Shown here piece after piece: positions 52,631 through 61,468 of a stretch of DNA of 64,000 bases (position 1 is its first letter; each line of letters begins with the position of its first letter). The translations under genes were made by a program, and so were the position numbers. The notes beneath the pieces are model-generated. The model had not been told where the DNA came from. It saw nothing but the letters and a program-made list of their open reading frames with translations, and ran no database searches. Source of the stretch: a virus; IMG/VR virus record IMGVR_UViG_3300031576_000004, positions 99,303 through 163,302 of that record, one strand, 5' to 3'.

Positions 52631-52644
52631 AGTCTATAACTCCG

Positions 52645-54201
52645 TTAATCAGTTGGGTGCTTGACAACTTTGATTGAATCGCCAAGTGCTGCGCCCACAG
52701 TTAGCGTGATCGAGGACGTGCTCGTCTCTGTGTAGTCCACAGTAATATCCTGAAGAAGCCCGTTCTGGAATACCATGATCTGCTTTGCGCCGGTGGTGTA
52801 TGTGAAAAGCGTGAGCGTAAATAACAGCTGCCCTGCTGTCGCAGAGAATATCTGCTCGTTTGCAGCATTCATCGCCCCAGTAGAATCTCCGACTTTCCAG
52901 ATGGTTACTTTCTCGCCCAATGGTCTTCCAACACCGAATGTAATTGATGTAGAAGACGTCTCTGTGTAATCGTCTCCTGACGTCATGTAGACGCCGCCAG
53001 AGAACACAAGGATCTCGTCTTGGCCAGTTGTGTATGAGAATGTCGTCGGATAAACCGTCTGTCCAGACGTTGAAGTTATCGTTGTGCGGAGAGGCTGGAT
53101 CCCCCCAATGATCGGTGTGACCGTGGGTCCAACCTTCCAAATTGTTACAGATTCACCAACGACGCGTCCGGATAGGAACGTAATTGACGTTGTGGTTGTT
53201 TCTGTATAGTCGGATCCAAGCGTCATGAAGACGCCGCTAGCGAACACTAGAAGTTCATTCTCTCCAATGTCATAAGAGAACGGAGTTGTAAATACAGTCT
53301 GCCCACCAGATGCCGTCTGAACGCTTAGCTGAGGCTGAGTTGTTGATCCAGACCCACCACCAAGGTTCAGGAAGAATCTGACGTCTGTAATGTCAGAATC
53401 AGCGATAAGAACCGCGCCTGTCTCGTCGATCAGAACTTCCGCGATTACCTGTTTGTCGCTTGGGTACGTTGGAACGGTTGGAACCAGAGCCTGGACTCCA
53501 ACCTGAACCCCAAGAACGGCTAGATCATCAATAGTTAGAAGGTCAATCCGGCTTTCGCCAACGATAGTTACTGGGGCAAAAGCTGGGCTTGATCCGCCAG
53601 CAAACAAAACGCTTCCAGTTCCGTCAGACTTAACGAACCTTCCTGTTTCAACGAAGACCGTGTTGGCGATTACAGTCTCTTCGTGTGGGCGCAGCATATC
53701 CAGGCCAGCCTGCGTTATGAACGACCCGAATGGGTTACCCAGAGATATCGCGCTAACGTTCGTTATGTTTGCATTAACGATGAACGTTACGGCGGCCCCA
53801 ACAAACACAGTCGCAAGCAGGATCTGGTTTGCTGCTGGAGTTGGGGCTATTGGGGATGCCGCTGGGGTTCCTGCAACAGCGATATAAACAGCTGGGTTAT
53901 TCAGGTTTGAGAACGTGTGCTGCGCAACAATGATGTCTTTTCGAGGGAGCGTAGCATGTGCCGCCGCCAATGTAACAGCGGACGATAGAGTTAAGCTTTC
54001 AGCAATCCTGACGTTTTCGTTTGTTAGAAGTACGCTCTCCGTGGCTCCATTGAGCTCGATATTGAGACTCATGCTCGGAACAAATGTCTGCTGGACGAAG
54101 AAGCCCTTGTAAACACCGGCGGGCAGGATGCCCTTGTAATGTGTATTTAAAAGGCTACTGCGCCTTGGAGCTCCGAAGTCTAAAATTCTGCTCTGGGTCA
54201 T
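52645..54201 (-). CDS. tail fibre with baseplate-binding N-domain and three GQT.F..DYTET modules
   Basis: LPRKDII..Y.AV.GTPA motif; three ~70-aa repeats. Confidence 0.82.
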   Translation of the reverse strand: MTQSRILDFGAPRRSSLLNTHYKGILPAGVYKGFFVQQTFVPSMSLNIELNGATESVLLTNENVRIAESLTLSSAVTLAAAHATLPRKDIIVAQHTFSNLNNPAVYIAVAGTPAASPIAPTPAANQILLATVFVGAAVTFIVNANITNVSAISLGNPFGSFITQAGLDMLRPHEETVIANTVFVETGRFVKSDGTGSVLFAGGSSPAFAPVTIVGESRIDLLTIDDLAVLGVQVGVQALVPTVPTYPSDKQVIAEVLIDETGAVLIADSDITDVRFFLNLGGGSGSTTQPQLSVQTASGGQTVFTTPFSYDIGENELLVFASGVFMTLGSDYTETTTTSITFLSGRVVGESVTIWKVGPTVTPIIGGIQPLRTTITSTSGQTVYPTTFSYTTGQDEILVFSGGVYMTSGDDYTETSSTSITFGVGRPLGEKVTIWKVGDSTGAMNAANEQIFSATAGQLLFTLTLFTYTTGAKQIMVFQNGLLQDITVDYTETSTSSITLTVGAALGDSIKVVKHPTD

Positions 54202-54210
54202 CAGTTACTC

Positions 54211-54675
54211 CTAGAAGAACACTTCCCAGTCGACGATCAGGCTGTTCGCTGCAGTCTTGATTACTTTACTAAATGTCACACGGGCAACCATTATATCGCT
54301 AGTAGAGAATAACCCAGCCTCTGTTAAATCGCCATTAGATTCAATTGGCAGAAACGTCGCTGTGAACTTAACCTTCTTGGCAATCGGGAATGTAATGGCA
54401 TCGATGTTTTTTGCTAGTCCAAGCTGGGCCTCTAAAGCCACGTCAGCAGGCAGAGGAACCACTGGGGTGAACGGATCTCCCACGACATGGCCTCCGGTCC
54501 CAACCGCGATCTTTGAGATGATGTCGGTGAAATCCTGGCCGGCAAGCTTGATAGAGACGTCCTGATAACCGTTGACAGCCAAATTGCTGGCGCGGAACTC
54601 AGAAACGATGTTGCCATCGCTCACAAGTGCTATCCGCACATTGCCTTTCGGCATTGGTAGTTTGTCGCTATACAT
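54211..54675 (-). CDS. tail-collar/fibre attachment protein
   Basis: IAVGTG, D.ALE, LTEAGLF, ARVTF..V.K. Confidence 0.8.
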   Translation of the reverse strand: MYSDKLPMPKGNVRIALVSDGNIVSEFRASNLAVNGYQDVSIKLAGQDFTDIISKIAVGTGGHVVGDPFTPVVPLPADVALEAQLGLAKNIDAITFPIAKKVKFTATFLPIESNGDLTEAGLFSTSDIMVARVTFSKVIKTAANSLIVDWEVFF

Positions 54676-54687
54676 TGCCGTTTCCAG

Positions 54688-54716
54688 ATTTTACCAGTTC
54701 CATTTCACCCAGTCAA
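54688..54716 (-). promoter_or_regulatory. class A promoter TTGACT-N17-TAAAAT (extended TGn)
   Basis: Identical hexamers to the 27818-27846 copy. Confidence 0.75.
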
Positions 54717-54728
54717 TCTATGAGAAAT

Positions 54729-56615
54729 CTAGACGAGAGTCAGAGTCACTGAATCCCCTGGCATCGGAAGCACATCGGACGGCACCATGAACCCAACAAG
54801 CATATAGTCAGTATAGGCTGGTTTAATAGCGTCGAGGAAGCTTGTTATGTCGCTAATTACGGATTCTGAATTAAGAAGATCCATTGCCACCTTAACCAGA
54901 AACACGTGGTGCTTTAAGTACCTATAGAACAAGATGTTAATCTCGTCTGCCTCGCCAGACGTTAGGAACAGAAAGTCATCGAATATCCCGCCGTCATCAA
55001 GGAACCCGCCGTCATCGAAATATCCTGAATATTGGAAGTCTGGATCAACGGCAAATTGGGCGACCAGGCGGAATAGGGACGGGAACTGCTTGTACCAGTC
55101 AGGCGTGTTTACATCGTCAATTACATCAACGCCATCGCTTATTGCTGCAAATCTTGATAGCTGGTCCCCAGCAGAAACTATTGGGCTTCTTGGTTGATTT
55201 ACTACAAAGACCTGGCCATCAGATAGTGTTATCTCATAAGAGGCCGGAACCAATCCATCGTTCGTGATGGATGCTACAGACGTTGGCGTAAGAGCGAATG
55301 GAAGCCCAAGAAGGATCTTTAGGCCTGTCTCTATGTTTGATACTGTTGGCCCGTTCCATAGGACGTACCACAGCCCCTGAACCTGTCTCCTATACAAGTC
55401 GCTATTGGGCCTAACAAGCCCAACGATCTCTCCGAAATTCCTTTGGACCGTACGCTCGTTCACAAATAGGTCTGGGAACCAAGCGTCCTCAAATTGGACA
55501 TTCGTGAATAGGAACCCAGACCTAATGGTGAATTCCGCTGGGTTTGTGAGTTTAATCCCAGGAATCTCGACGTAGTCCTGCATTACTGGGGCATCGATAA
55601 TGTCCGGATCCAGCTCGTGTCTGTAGAGGTATTCGAAGTAGTGGTATTCAACCTCTACGATATCCTGCTGCACAAGCGTCTGGTTAAACAGAATGATGTC
55701 GCTGTTAATCCCGACTACCTTATAGTCGATGTCTCGTGTCAGAAGGACCCCGTTCAGGAACACGGACTCCGCGTATTTAAGAGTGTCGAATCCAAGGCTG
55801 TCTCCAGTGACAGTGGCAACTGTGACCTTAACCGCCGTGCTAACCTCATTCATTATCTTTGTAAATCTGAAATGCTTGTGGACCTCGTTCTCATTATCCC
55901 TTGTCCACCTTAGCTCTATTTTGTCTCCAACAAGCAGGCCGACACCAAGAATTAACGTTACGCTGTTAAACTCCGTGTAGAACGATTGGTCCTGCTTTGC
56001 ACCGTTTACAAACACCTCAATTGGGTTGTCGGCGTCTCCGAATTGATACGGCCCTTGCCCCAGTGGATCAAAGGCATCTCCAGCAGCTCCGGTCCATGTT
56101 GCCTTCGGCGCTGTTAAGAGTTCGGCGAACCTAAGATGCCTGTGCTCTTCGGGGATCTCGTATCTGTACCAGACAACATAAACAACGTCTCCGGACGCTA
56201 GAGGCTGAACGAAATAAACCTTTGTCGCGTCAGCTATGTTGTATGTGTAATCAGTATCTCTAGTCATGTAAACGCCGTTCAGGAATACTGCGAGATTAAC
56301 CTCTTCCTCTGGTGGAGATGCAGCAGGAACTAGCGTAACAAAGGTTTCTCCGCCAGTTGCCGTAAACTCGAACGCAAAGTGGTCATGAGGAACCTTGTTA
56401 TCTATGTAAGCGTCGAACTGAATATTCACCCACTGCTTGTGCCATCTAACAGGAACAGTCAGAACTGATTTCGACAGGTCAGCCTGATAAACCTGAAGGT
56501 ACTCGTTATCCCAAACGGTTGTCAGCCCCTGCCAAAACTTGGAGAGCTGGCTACGCTGTTGATAGCTCTTCCAGAAGTCTGAAAGGACTGAGTAGAACAG
56601 ATCTGATTCGGGCAT
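54729..56615 (-). CDS. baseplate wedge protein with inserted VFLNG modules
   Basis: Follows baseplate J; ends IKPAYT; NGPT..NI..G..I.LG. Confidence 0.7.
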   Translation of the reverse strand: MPESDLFYSVLSDFWKSYQQRSQLSKFWQGLTTVWDNEYLQVYQADLSKSVLTVPVRWHKQWVNIQFDAYIDNKVPHDHFAFEFTATGGETFVTLVPAASPPEEEVNLAVFLNGVYMTRDTDYTYNIADATKVYFVQPLASGDVVYVVWYRYEIPEEHRHLRFAELLTAPKATWTGAAGDAFDPLGQGPYQFGDADNPIEVFVNGAKQDQSFYTEFNSVTLILGVGLLVGDKIELRWTRDNENEVHKHFRFTKIMNEVSTAVKVTVATVTGDSLGFDTLKYAESVFLNGVLLTRDIDYKVVGINSDIILFNQTLVQQDIVEVEYHYFEYLYRHELDPDIIDAPVMQDYVEIPGIKLTNPAEFTIRSGFLFTNVQFEDAWFPDLFVNERTVQRNFGEIVGLVRPNSDLYRRQVQGLWYVLWNGPTVSNIETGLKILLGLPFALTPTSVASITNDGLVPASYEITLSDGQVFVVNQPRSPIVSAGDQLSRFAAISDGVDVIDDVNTPDWYKQFPSLFRLVAQFAVDPDFQYSGYFDDGGFLDDGGIFDDFLFLTSGEADEINILFYRYLKHHVFLVKVAMDLLNSESVISDITSFLDAIKPAYTDYMLVGFMVPSDVLPMPGDSVTLTLV

Positions 56616-58342
56616 TAGAGTTTCGTCACGTTAATCGTCTTTGGGATAAACCTCGAGTTCCTTGGGATCGTTATTGTGTCGCTTGTCGTGACAACAACTG
56701 AAGATCCATCTGCATTTCTGGTTGTCGCTGTCGCTGATAGAAGCGATAGAGGAATGCTCGTTACTCCAAGGAAATACAGCGATGCAACAAAGTCGGATAT
56801 CTCAAACATGTCGCCGGCCCTCAAGTCGTCAATGTACTGGCGTATCGATTCTTCCAGGGCATCCGCGGTTGCGTCTCCGCCGTAGGTCATCGTAATATCG
56901 AGGAAGGTAGGGACGTCGCTCTTAACAAGCAGATTTGCGGTCACAACCCTGTCTAGGTCGGACTCAACAAATTCCTGAACTGATCCGACTGTGGAATCAG
57001 TGTAATACTCAACCTTTATTGTGGCTCCTATGAAGTACCTTGGTGCTATTGGGTTTGTCTCAAGAAGCCTTATCAAAACTGTTTCTTTTGACGAATACCT
57101 CGTGGTCACGTCTGTTGAAATAAGAGCATAATCGCTTCCCTCAACAAAGTCTGATGCGACCTGCTCGCCAGTTACAGGATCTATCTGGTAGATTCTAGAC
57201 ACCCCAATGAACGGAAGGACAAAAGCCCCGCCGTTGCTGTAATATGGCTGCGTTTCATCCTTGACCTCTATATCCTCTGGGGCCGGAGCTATGATGAGAG
57301 AGTCTATCACGAGCGTTGTTGTGTTCAGGTGGATATCGACCTTACCACCAATATGGAAGTCTGCCTTCTCATATATCCCGAATATATGATATTGAACGCC
57401 AGCCTGAGTCACTGGGAATACGGGGCTAACGGTTAGCACAGTAGGCGTTACCGCCGTGATCACGTAATTGCTTTCGTTTGGACCGACTTCAACAATAACC
57501 CTTGCCCCTGGCAGGACGCCAGCAAGGATGAAGTTTGTGGTCGTGTCTGTGAACTGAGGAAGTCCTCCAGTGACAGACCCAGTTAGCGCCGTAGGGATTA
57601 GCTCCAGATAATTCAAGGCTATCCCGACAATATCCCTATTCATCTCCGGATCGCCAAACCCAACCGTGATGATGTCTTCAACCTGTTGGAATTTCTCCAA
57701 GATCACGGTATTAATGGATCTGCGCGTTACTAGGTCTCTAGTCCCGATTGATTCTTTTGTTCTTGAGAACAGCCGAGTGTTTGTCTCTCCGCTAGATCCG
57801 CCAGTGAAATCTTCTGCGTTGTTAACTCTGATGACTCCGCTAGGCGCTCCGGTTGTGAACACGATCCTTCCGGCGTCGACGTTTCCTGTTTCTCCAGAGT
57901 TGACGGCAATGCAATTAACATCGATGAAAAACATCACGCCGTCAGTGTTTAGGCGCATTGCTTCGCTTGTGGTCGTTGTCTGATTGATCGGACGAAATTG
58001 AATCTGGTCATCAGTAAGGAATAGAACGTCCTGGTCTATCGTGACGTCCCTAGGGCTTGAGAAAAACACTCTTACCGAGCCAACCGAAGGAGTCCCGCCC
58101 TTCCTATCAACGAACACATTTGCTACCAGGGAGTCAAGCTCCTCATCGAACATTGTGTCGAAGTTCAGAAGAGACATATTTCTCTTAATGATGTTCGCCT
58201 GATCTCGATACGGCTGAAGGATCAGGGCTGTCGGCTTGATAAGCATATCTCTGTAGGCCGTTCCCTCACGGAGATCAAAGTCTGGGAAATTCTCCTTCAG
58301 GAGAGTTTCTATGAATTTAATCGCTGGAAGATCGAATGCCAT
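56615..58342 (-). CDS. baseplate J-like protein
   Basis: DLREGT..RD.LI, G.TGNV, V.N...F.GG...ET. Confidence 0.88.
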   Translation of the reverse strand: MAFDLPAIKFIETLLKENFPDFDLREGTAYRDMLIKPTALILQPYRDQANIIKRNMSLLNFDTMFDEELDSLVANVFVDRKGGTPSVGSVRVFFSSPRDVTIDQDVLFLTDDQIQFRPINQTTTTSEAMRLNTDGVMFFIDVNCIAVNSGETGNVDAGRIVFTTGAPSGVIRVNNAEDFTGGSSGETNTRLFSRTKESIGTRDLVTRRSINTVILEKFQQVEDIITVGFGDPEMNRDIVGIALNYLELIPTALTGSVTGGLPQFTDTTTNFILAGVLPGARVIVEVGPNESNYVITAVTPTVLTVSPVFPVTQAGVQYHIFGIYEKADFHIGGKVDIHLNTTTLVIDSLIIAPAPEDIEVKDETQPYYSNGGAFVLPFIGVSRIYQIDPVTGEQVASDFVEGSDYALISTDVTTRYSSKETVLIRLLETNPIAPRYFIGATIKVEYYTDSTVGSVQEFVESDLDRVVTANLLVKSDVPTFLDITMTYGGDATADALEESIRQYIDDLRAGDMFEISDFVASLYFLGVTSIPLSLLSATATTRNADGSSVVVTTSDTITIPRNSRFIPKTINVTKL

Positions 58343-58351
58343 TTAAGCCTC

Positions 58352-58801
58352 CTAACCAGTGATAGCCAAGCCATTAATATCAAGACCGACAATCGCAGTA
58401 ATCCCAGCTCTAGAAGTAACAGACAACTCAAGACTCCACAGCGCTTGCTCTATATCAAATTCAAGCGATACCACGCCAAGGGAATCAAGGGCTTCGTCAG
58501 CAGTTAGCTGATCCTTGCTTACAGATTGAAGCCTCTTGATGTCTTCCTCTGCCTTCATAATAGCGATAGACACGTCAGAGCGAACAGATTGCTCGCTTTT
58601 CCTGTTGGCAGCAGATGGGAGTATCGCGGCAATGCCTGCGCCATACTGAGGATTAAAGATGTCGTTTCCAGGTGTAGTGAGAAGGCTCTTGTAAATAATC
58701 TGAATAAGCTCACCAAGTCCACCGATCGCCAATGGGAAATTGGTGCTGGTTGGAATGATGAAGTTGTGCCTGTTTGGTACTGTTACTCTAATATCTGGCA
58801 T
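58352..58801 (-). CDS. gp25-like baseplate wedge/sheath-initiator protein
   Basis: L.Q.I.K.LLTTPG.D.F.PQYG. Confidence 0.8.
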   Translation of the reverse strand: MPDIRVTVPNRHNFIIPTSTNFPLAIGGLGELIQIIYKSLLTTPGNDIFNPQYGAGIAAILPSAANRKSEQSVRSDVSIAIMKAEEDIKRLQSVSKDQLTADEALDSLGVVSLEFDIEQALWSLELSVTSRAGITAIVGLDINGLAITG

Positions 58802-58805
58802 TTTG

Positions 58806-60767
58806 TCACGCTGTTAATTCCAGAGACTCTGCAGATTCTAATATATTCTGGATTTCAATCAACTTAGGTTTAAATGCAAGCTGGATAGCCGACCTATCAA
58901 ATCCGGAGTTCACAGCAGCAGAAAGCTGTTCCGACCTCTGCCTATTCTTGATAACCCTCAATATTGCGTCCTGAGCCTTTAGCTTTGACGCTCCGCCACC
59001 TTGGCGAACGAGCGCCATTGCGCTTGTTAGTGTGCTCGCGAATGATCCGGTTGAGGTGGCCGTGTCTGCCGTCGTTTTCCAGAACTCGTTCCAGTCTCCG
59101 TTCCTTGCTATCTTTGCAAGCCTGTCTAGCCCAAGGTCCTCTATAACCGCGAGAGCTCCAGCGACCATAGAGACTGCCGGACCAGCAAACCCAGAGAACG
59201 CGTTTGTAAGACTATCGTTGTTTGCGCGTTCCGCGGCAGTCAAAGAGTGGATCTGCGATACAAGGTTTGCGATATTAGGAAGACTTGTATCATTAACAAG
59301 CTTCTCCTCAGCCGCCTGCTTGAAAGCTTTTAGCGTATGTATAAGCTGAGTGAAGTCTGGAAACGATATCAGCTTGCTCGTGTCGGCTCTAAACTGGAAG
59401 TCTGTTTTGTACCCGTCTGGGTCGTTAGATAGGTAATCATCCACCACGCCACCAGTGAATCTTGTTGTCTCTAGGACGATCCCAAGCTGAATACACCAAA
59501 TCTTGGTATCAATTATGAATCGAATCTCGCTATTCTTTTCGATGTCTGCATCCATTGACGCAATGATGCTGCGGATCTCTTCCTGAAGCATCTCAAGCAT
59601 CCCAGCACCAACGTTATTCAGCCTTTTCGCAACTGTTCCGCCAAGCGGCTCTCCTCCGGCAAACTGGAAGTTCGGGATGAACTCTTCCATCGCTTTCTTG
59701 GCATTGTCGATGAACCGCTGCTTCTTCTCTAGAAGAAGTATCTTGGTGTTTAGATATTCTAGGAGGGCCAGTATCTCTACCGCCTGGACGATTTGAGCTC
59801 CAGGGAATATGCGCTCGTAGATAGCCTTGAAGTTGCAGACTATATCCTTTGCGTCATGTATGTCTGTCTTCGCGGCGTCGAATGTTTCTTCCTGGAAAGA
59901 CCCCGTGTTTATGACGGCGCTCTTAACAGTCGTGAGCCTTACGTCGGCGTCGTGTAGCTTGTTTCTCGCATCAACGATCTCTTGCCTTCTGCTGAATCCA
60001 TACCAATCTGGCCCAATAACGGCCAGCCGGCTGTAGATGTCATCAACTATCTGATCAATGTCGTCCAGGATCTTATTCTTGTCTGCGAGAAGCGCGATAA
60101 GATTAACTATCCCGCTTTTCCCTATATGAAATACACCGGCTGGGTCGGCATTTATGGCGTACCCCATAAGACCAAAAGCCTTACTAAGCTTGGCTTCGGC
60201 AACAGATACGAACGTAGCTGGGATAGACTTGATACCAGAGAAGTCTCCACGCAAAACATCTGTAACCCTGACGTTTCCTACGTTCTCTTTCCCAAGACCG
60301 ATCAAAATAGACCCACCAGCCTTTTGGCTCGTAAGGTCCCCTATTAGGTCCTTTGAGCCTCTTGTGATGAGATCTGAATATCCAGTTATATTTATCGTCC
60401 CAACAATTTTTGCAATCGAGTTTTTAACGAGCTCTGGAATGCTTTCTGTTTCCCCTGTTAAAGACGTGATCGCACTTAGTTCAGGATCAATCCCAGAGAT
60501 TACCTTTGTTTTGAGCCCGTCTGTTAATGCCGACTCAGAACTCGCAAATGAATCAAGAAACTTCGCGTTCTCAACGACGTCAGAGGCCACCCTTGAAGCC
60601 AGATCAACGGCGTGGTCTCTAACCTCATTTTTAGTCACGGTTGCGTTCGGGTTTGTAAGCAAAGGAACCATGTCCCTGGATGCTTCTGCAGGAACGCTGG
60701 CCGATGCGGAACCTATAAGGGTTCCGAGGCTTGCCTTCTTTATTGGGAAGCCAGTCTCGTTAGCCAC
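58806..60767 (-). CDS. large helical hypothetical protein
   Basis: 653-aa ORF in tail operon. Confidence 0.75.
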   Translation of the reverse strand: MANETGFPIKKASLGTLIGSASASVPAEASRDMVPLLTNPNATVTKNEVRDHAVDLASRVASDVVENAKFLDSFASSESALTDGLKTKVISGIDPELSAITSLTGETESIPELVKNSIAKIVGTINITGYSDLITRGSKDLIGDLTSQKAGGSILIGLGKENVGNVRVTDVLRGDFSGIKSIPATFVSVAEAKLSKAFGLMGYAINADPAGVFHIGKSGIVNLIALLADKNKILDDIDQIVDDIYSRLAVIGPDWYGFSRRQEIVDARNKLHDADVRLTTVKSAVINTGSFQEETFDAAKTDIHDAKDIVCNFKAIYERIFPGAQIVQAVEILALLEYLNTKILLLEKKQRFIDNAKKAMEEFIPNFQFAGGEPLGGTVAKRLNNVGAGMLEMLQEEIRSIIASMDADIEKNSEIRFIIDTKIWCIQLGIVLETTRFTGGVVDDYLSNDPDGYKTDFQFRADTSKLISFPDFTQLIHTLKAFKQAAEEKLVNDTSLPNIANLVSQIHSLTAAERANNDSLTNAFSGFAGPAVSMVAGALAVIEDLGLDRLAKIARNGDWNEFWKTTADTATSTGSFASTLTSAMALVRQGGGASKLKAQDAILRVIKNRQRSEQLSAAVNSGFDRSAIQLAFKPKLIEIQNILESAESLELTA

Positions 60768-60768
60768 G

Positions 60769-61467
60769 CTACATGCGTTCCTTGATTCTATTTGTTATCT
60801 CTGATCTAGCCTTAATAACGTCCTCTTCAGTCATCTTTAGGCGAGTGGCGATCTGAGAGATAGAAAGCTTTTCCTTGCCGTTAGCACCAACGCCGTAATC
60901 AAATATAAGTTTCTGCTTCGGTGTGAGCTCATAGTACGCGAAGTTAATCGTTTCGTTTGTCCTATCGAAGTCTACAAATCTGGTGTCTCCAAATGACCCA
61001 AAATGTGATAGGTCTTTTCTGAGTTCTGTTTGTATGCGCGAAACTTCATTAGGGCTCCACCCAAGCTCGTCTGAAAGCTCATCTATGGTGGGCTCGCGGC
61101 CCTTCGACGATTCCATGCTTGCCTTAACATTCTTGAATGTCTGAATCTTCATGGTCCGATGCTCTGGGATCCTTGCGACGTTCTGAAGGCCAGAGACATA
61201 ACGATAGACCTTCTGGAGGTAGTTCCCGACGTGCGTATTCAGCTGTGTCCCTCTATTCGGGTCATACGTTTGAAATGCTTTAAGAGCAAGCTTCTTCGCT
61301 TCGGCCTCGATTGCTGACCTTGGAACCGGCGCTGCCTCAAAGGCGTTAACGCGCTTTTGAATCATGGGGTTCATCGACTTTAGAAGATCACTGAGAGCGC
61401 CGTGGTCCTTGGTTTTGTTCCACTGCTTCCAAAGATCCTGGTCCTGCTTTTTAATATCTTCTGCCAC
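60769..61467 (-). CDS. sigma70-family RNA polymerase sigma factor
   Basis: Region 2 KAFQTYDPNRGTQLNTHV, RIP, region 3 GREPTIDELSDELG, region 4 LTPKQK..LSISQIA..L. Confidence 0.9.
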   Translation of the reverse strand: MAEDIKKQDQDLWKQWNKTKDHGALSDLLKSMNPMIQKRVNAFEAAPVPRSAIEAEAKKLALKAFQTYDPNRGTQLNTHVGNYLQKVYRYVSGLQNVARIPEHRTMKIQTFKNVKASMESSKGREPTIDELSDELGWSPNEVSRIQTELRKDLSHFGSFGDTRFVDFDRTNETINFAYYELTPKQKLIFDYGVGANGKEKLSISQIATRLKMTEEDVIKARSEITNRIKERM

Positions 61468-61468
61468 G

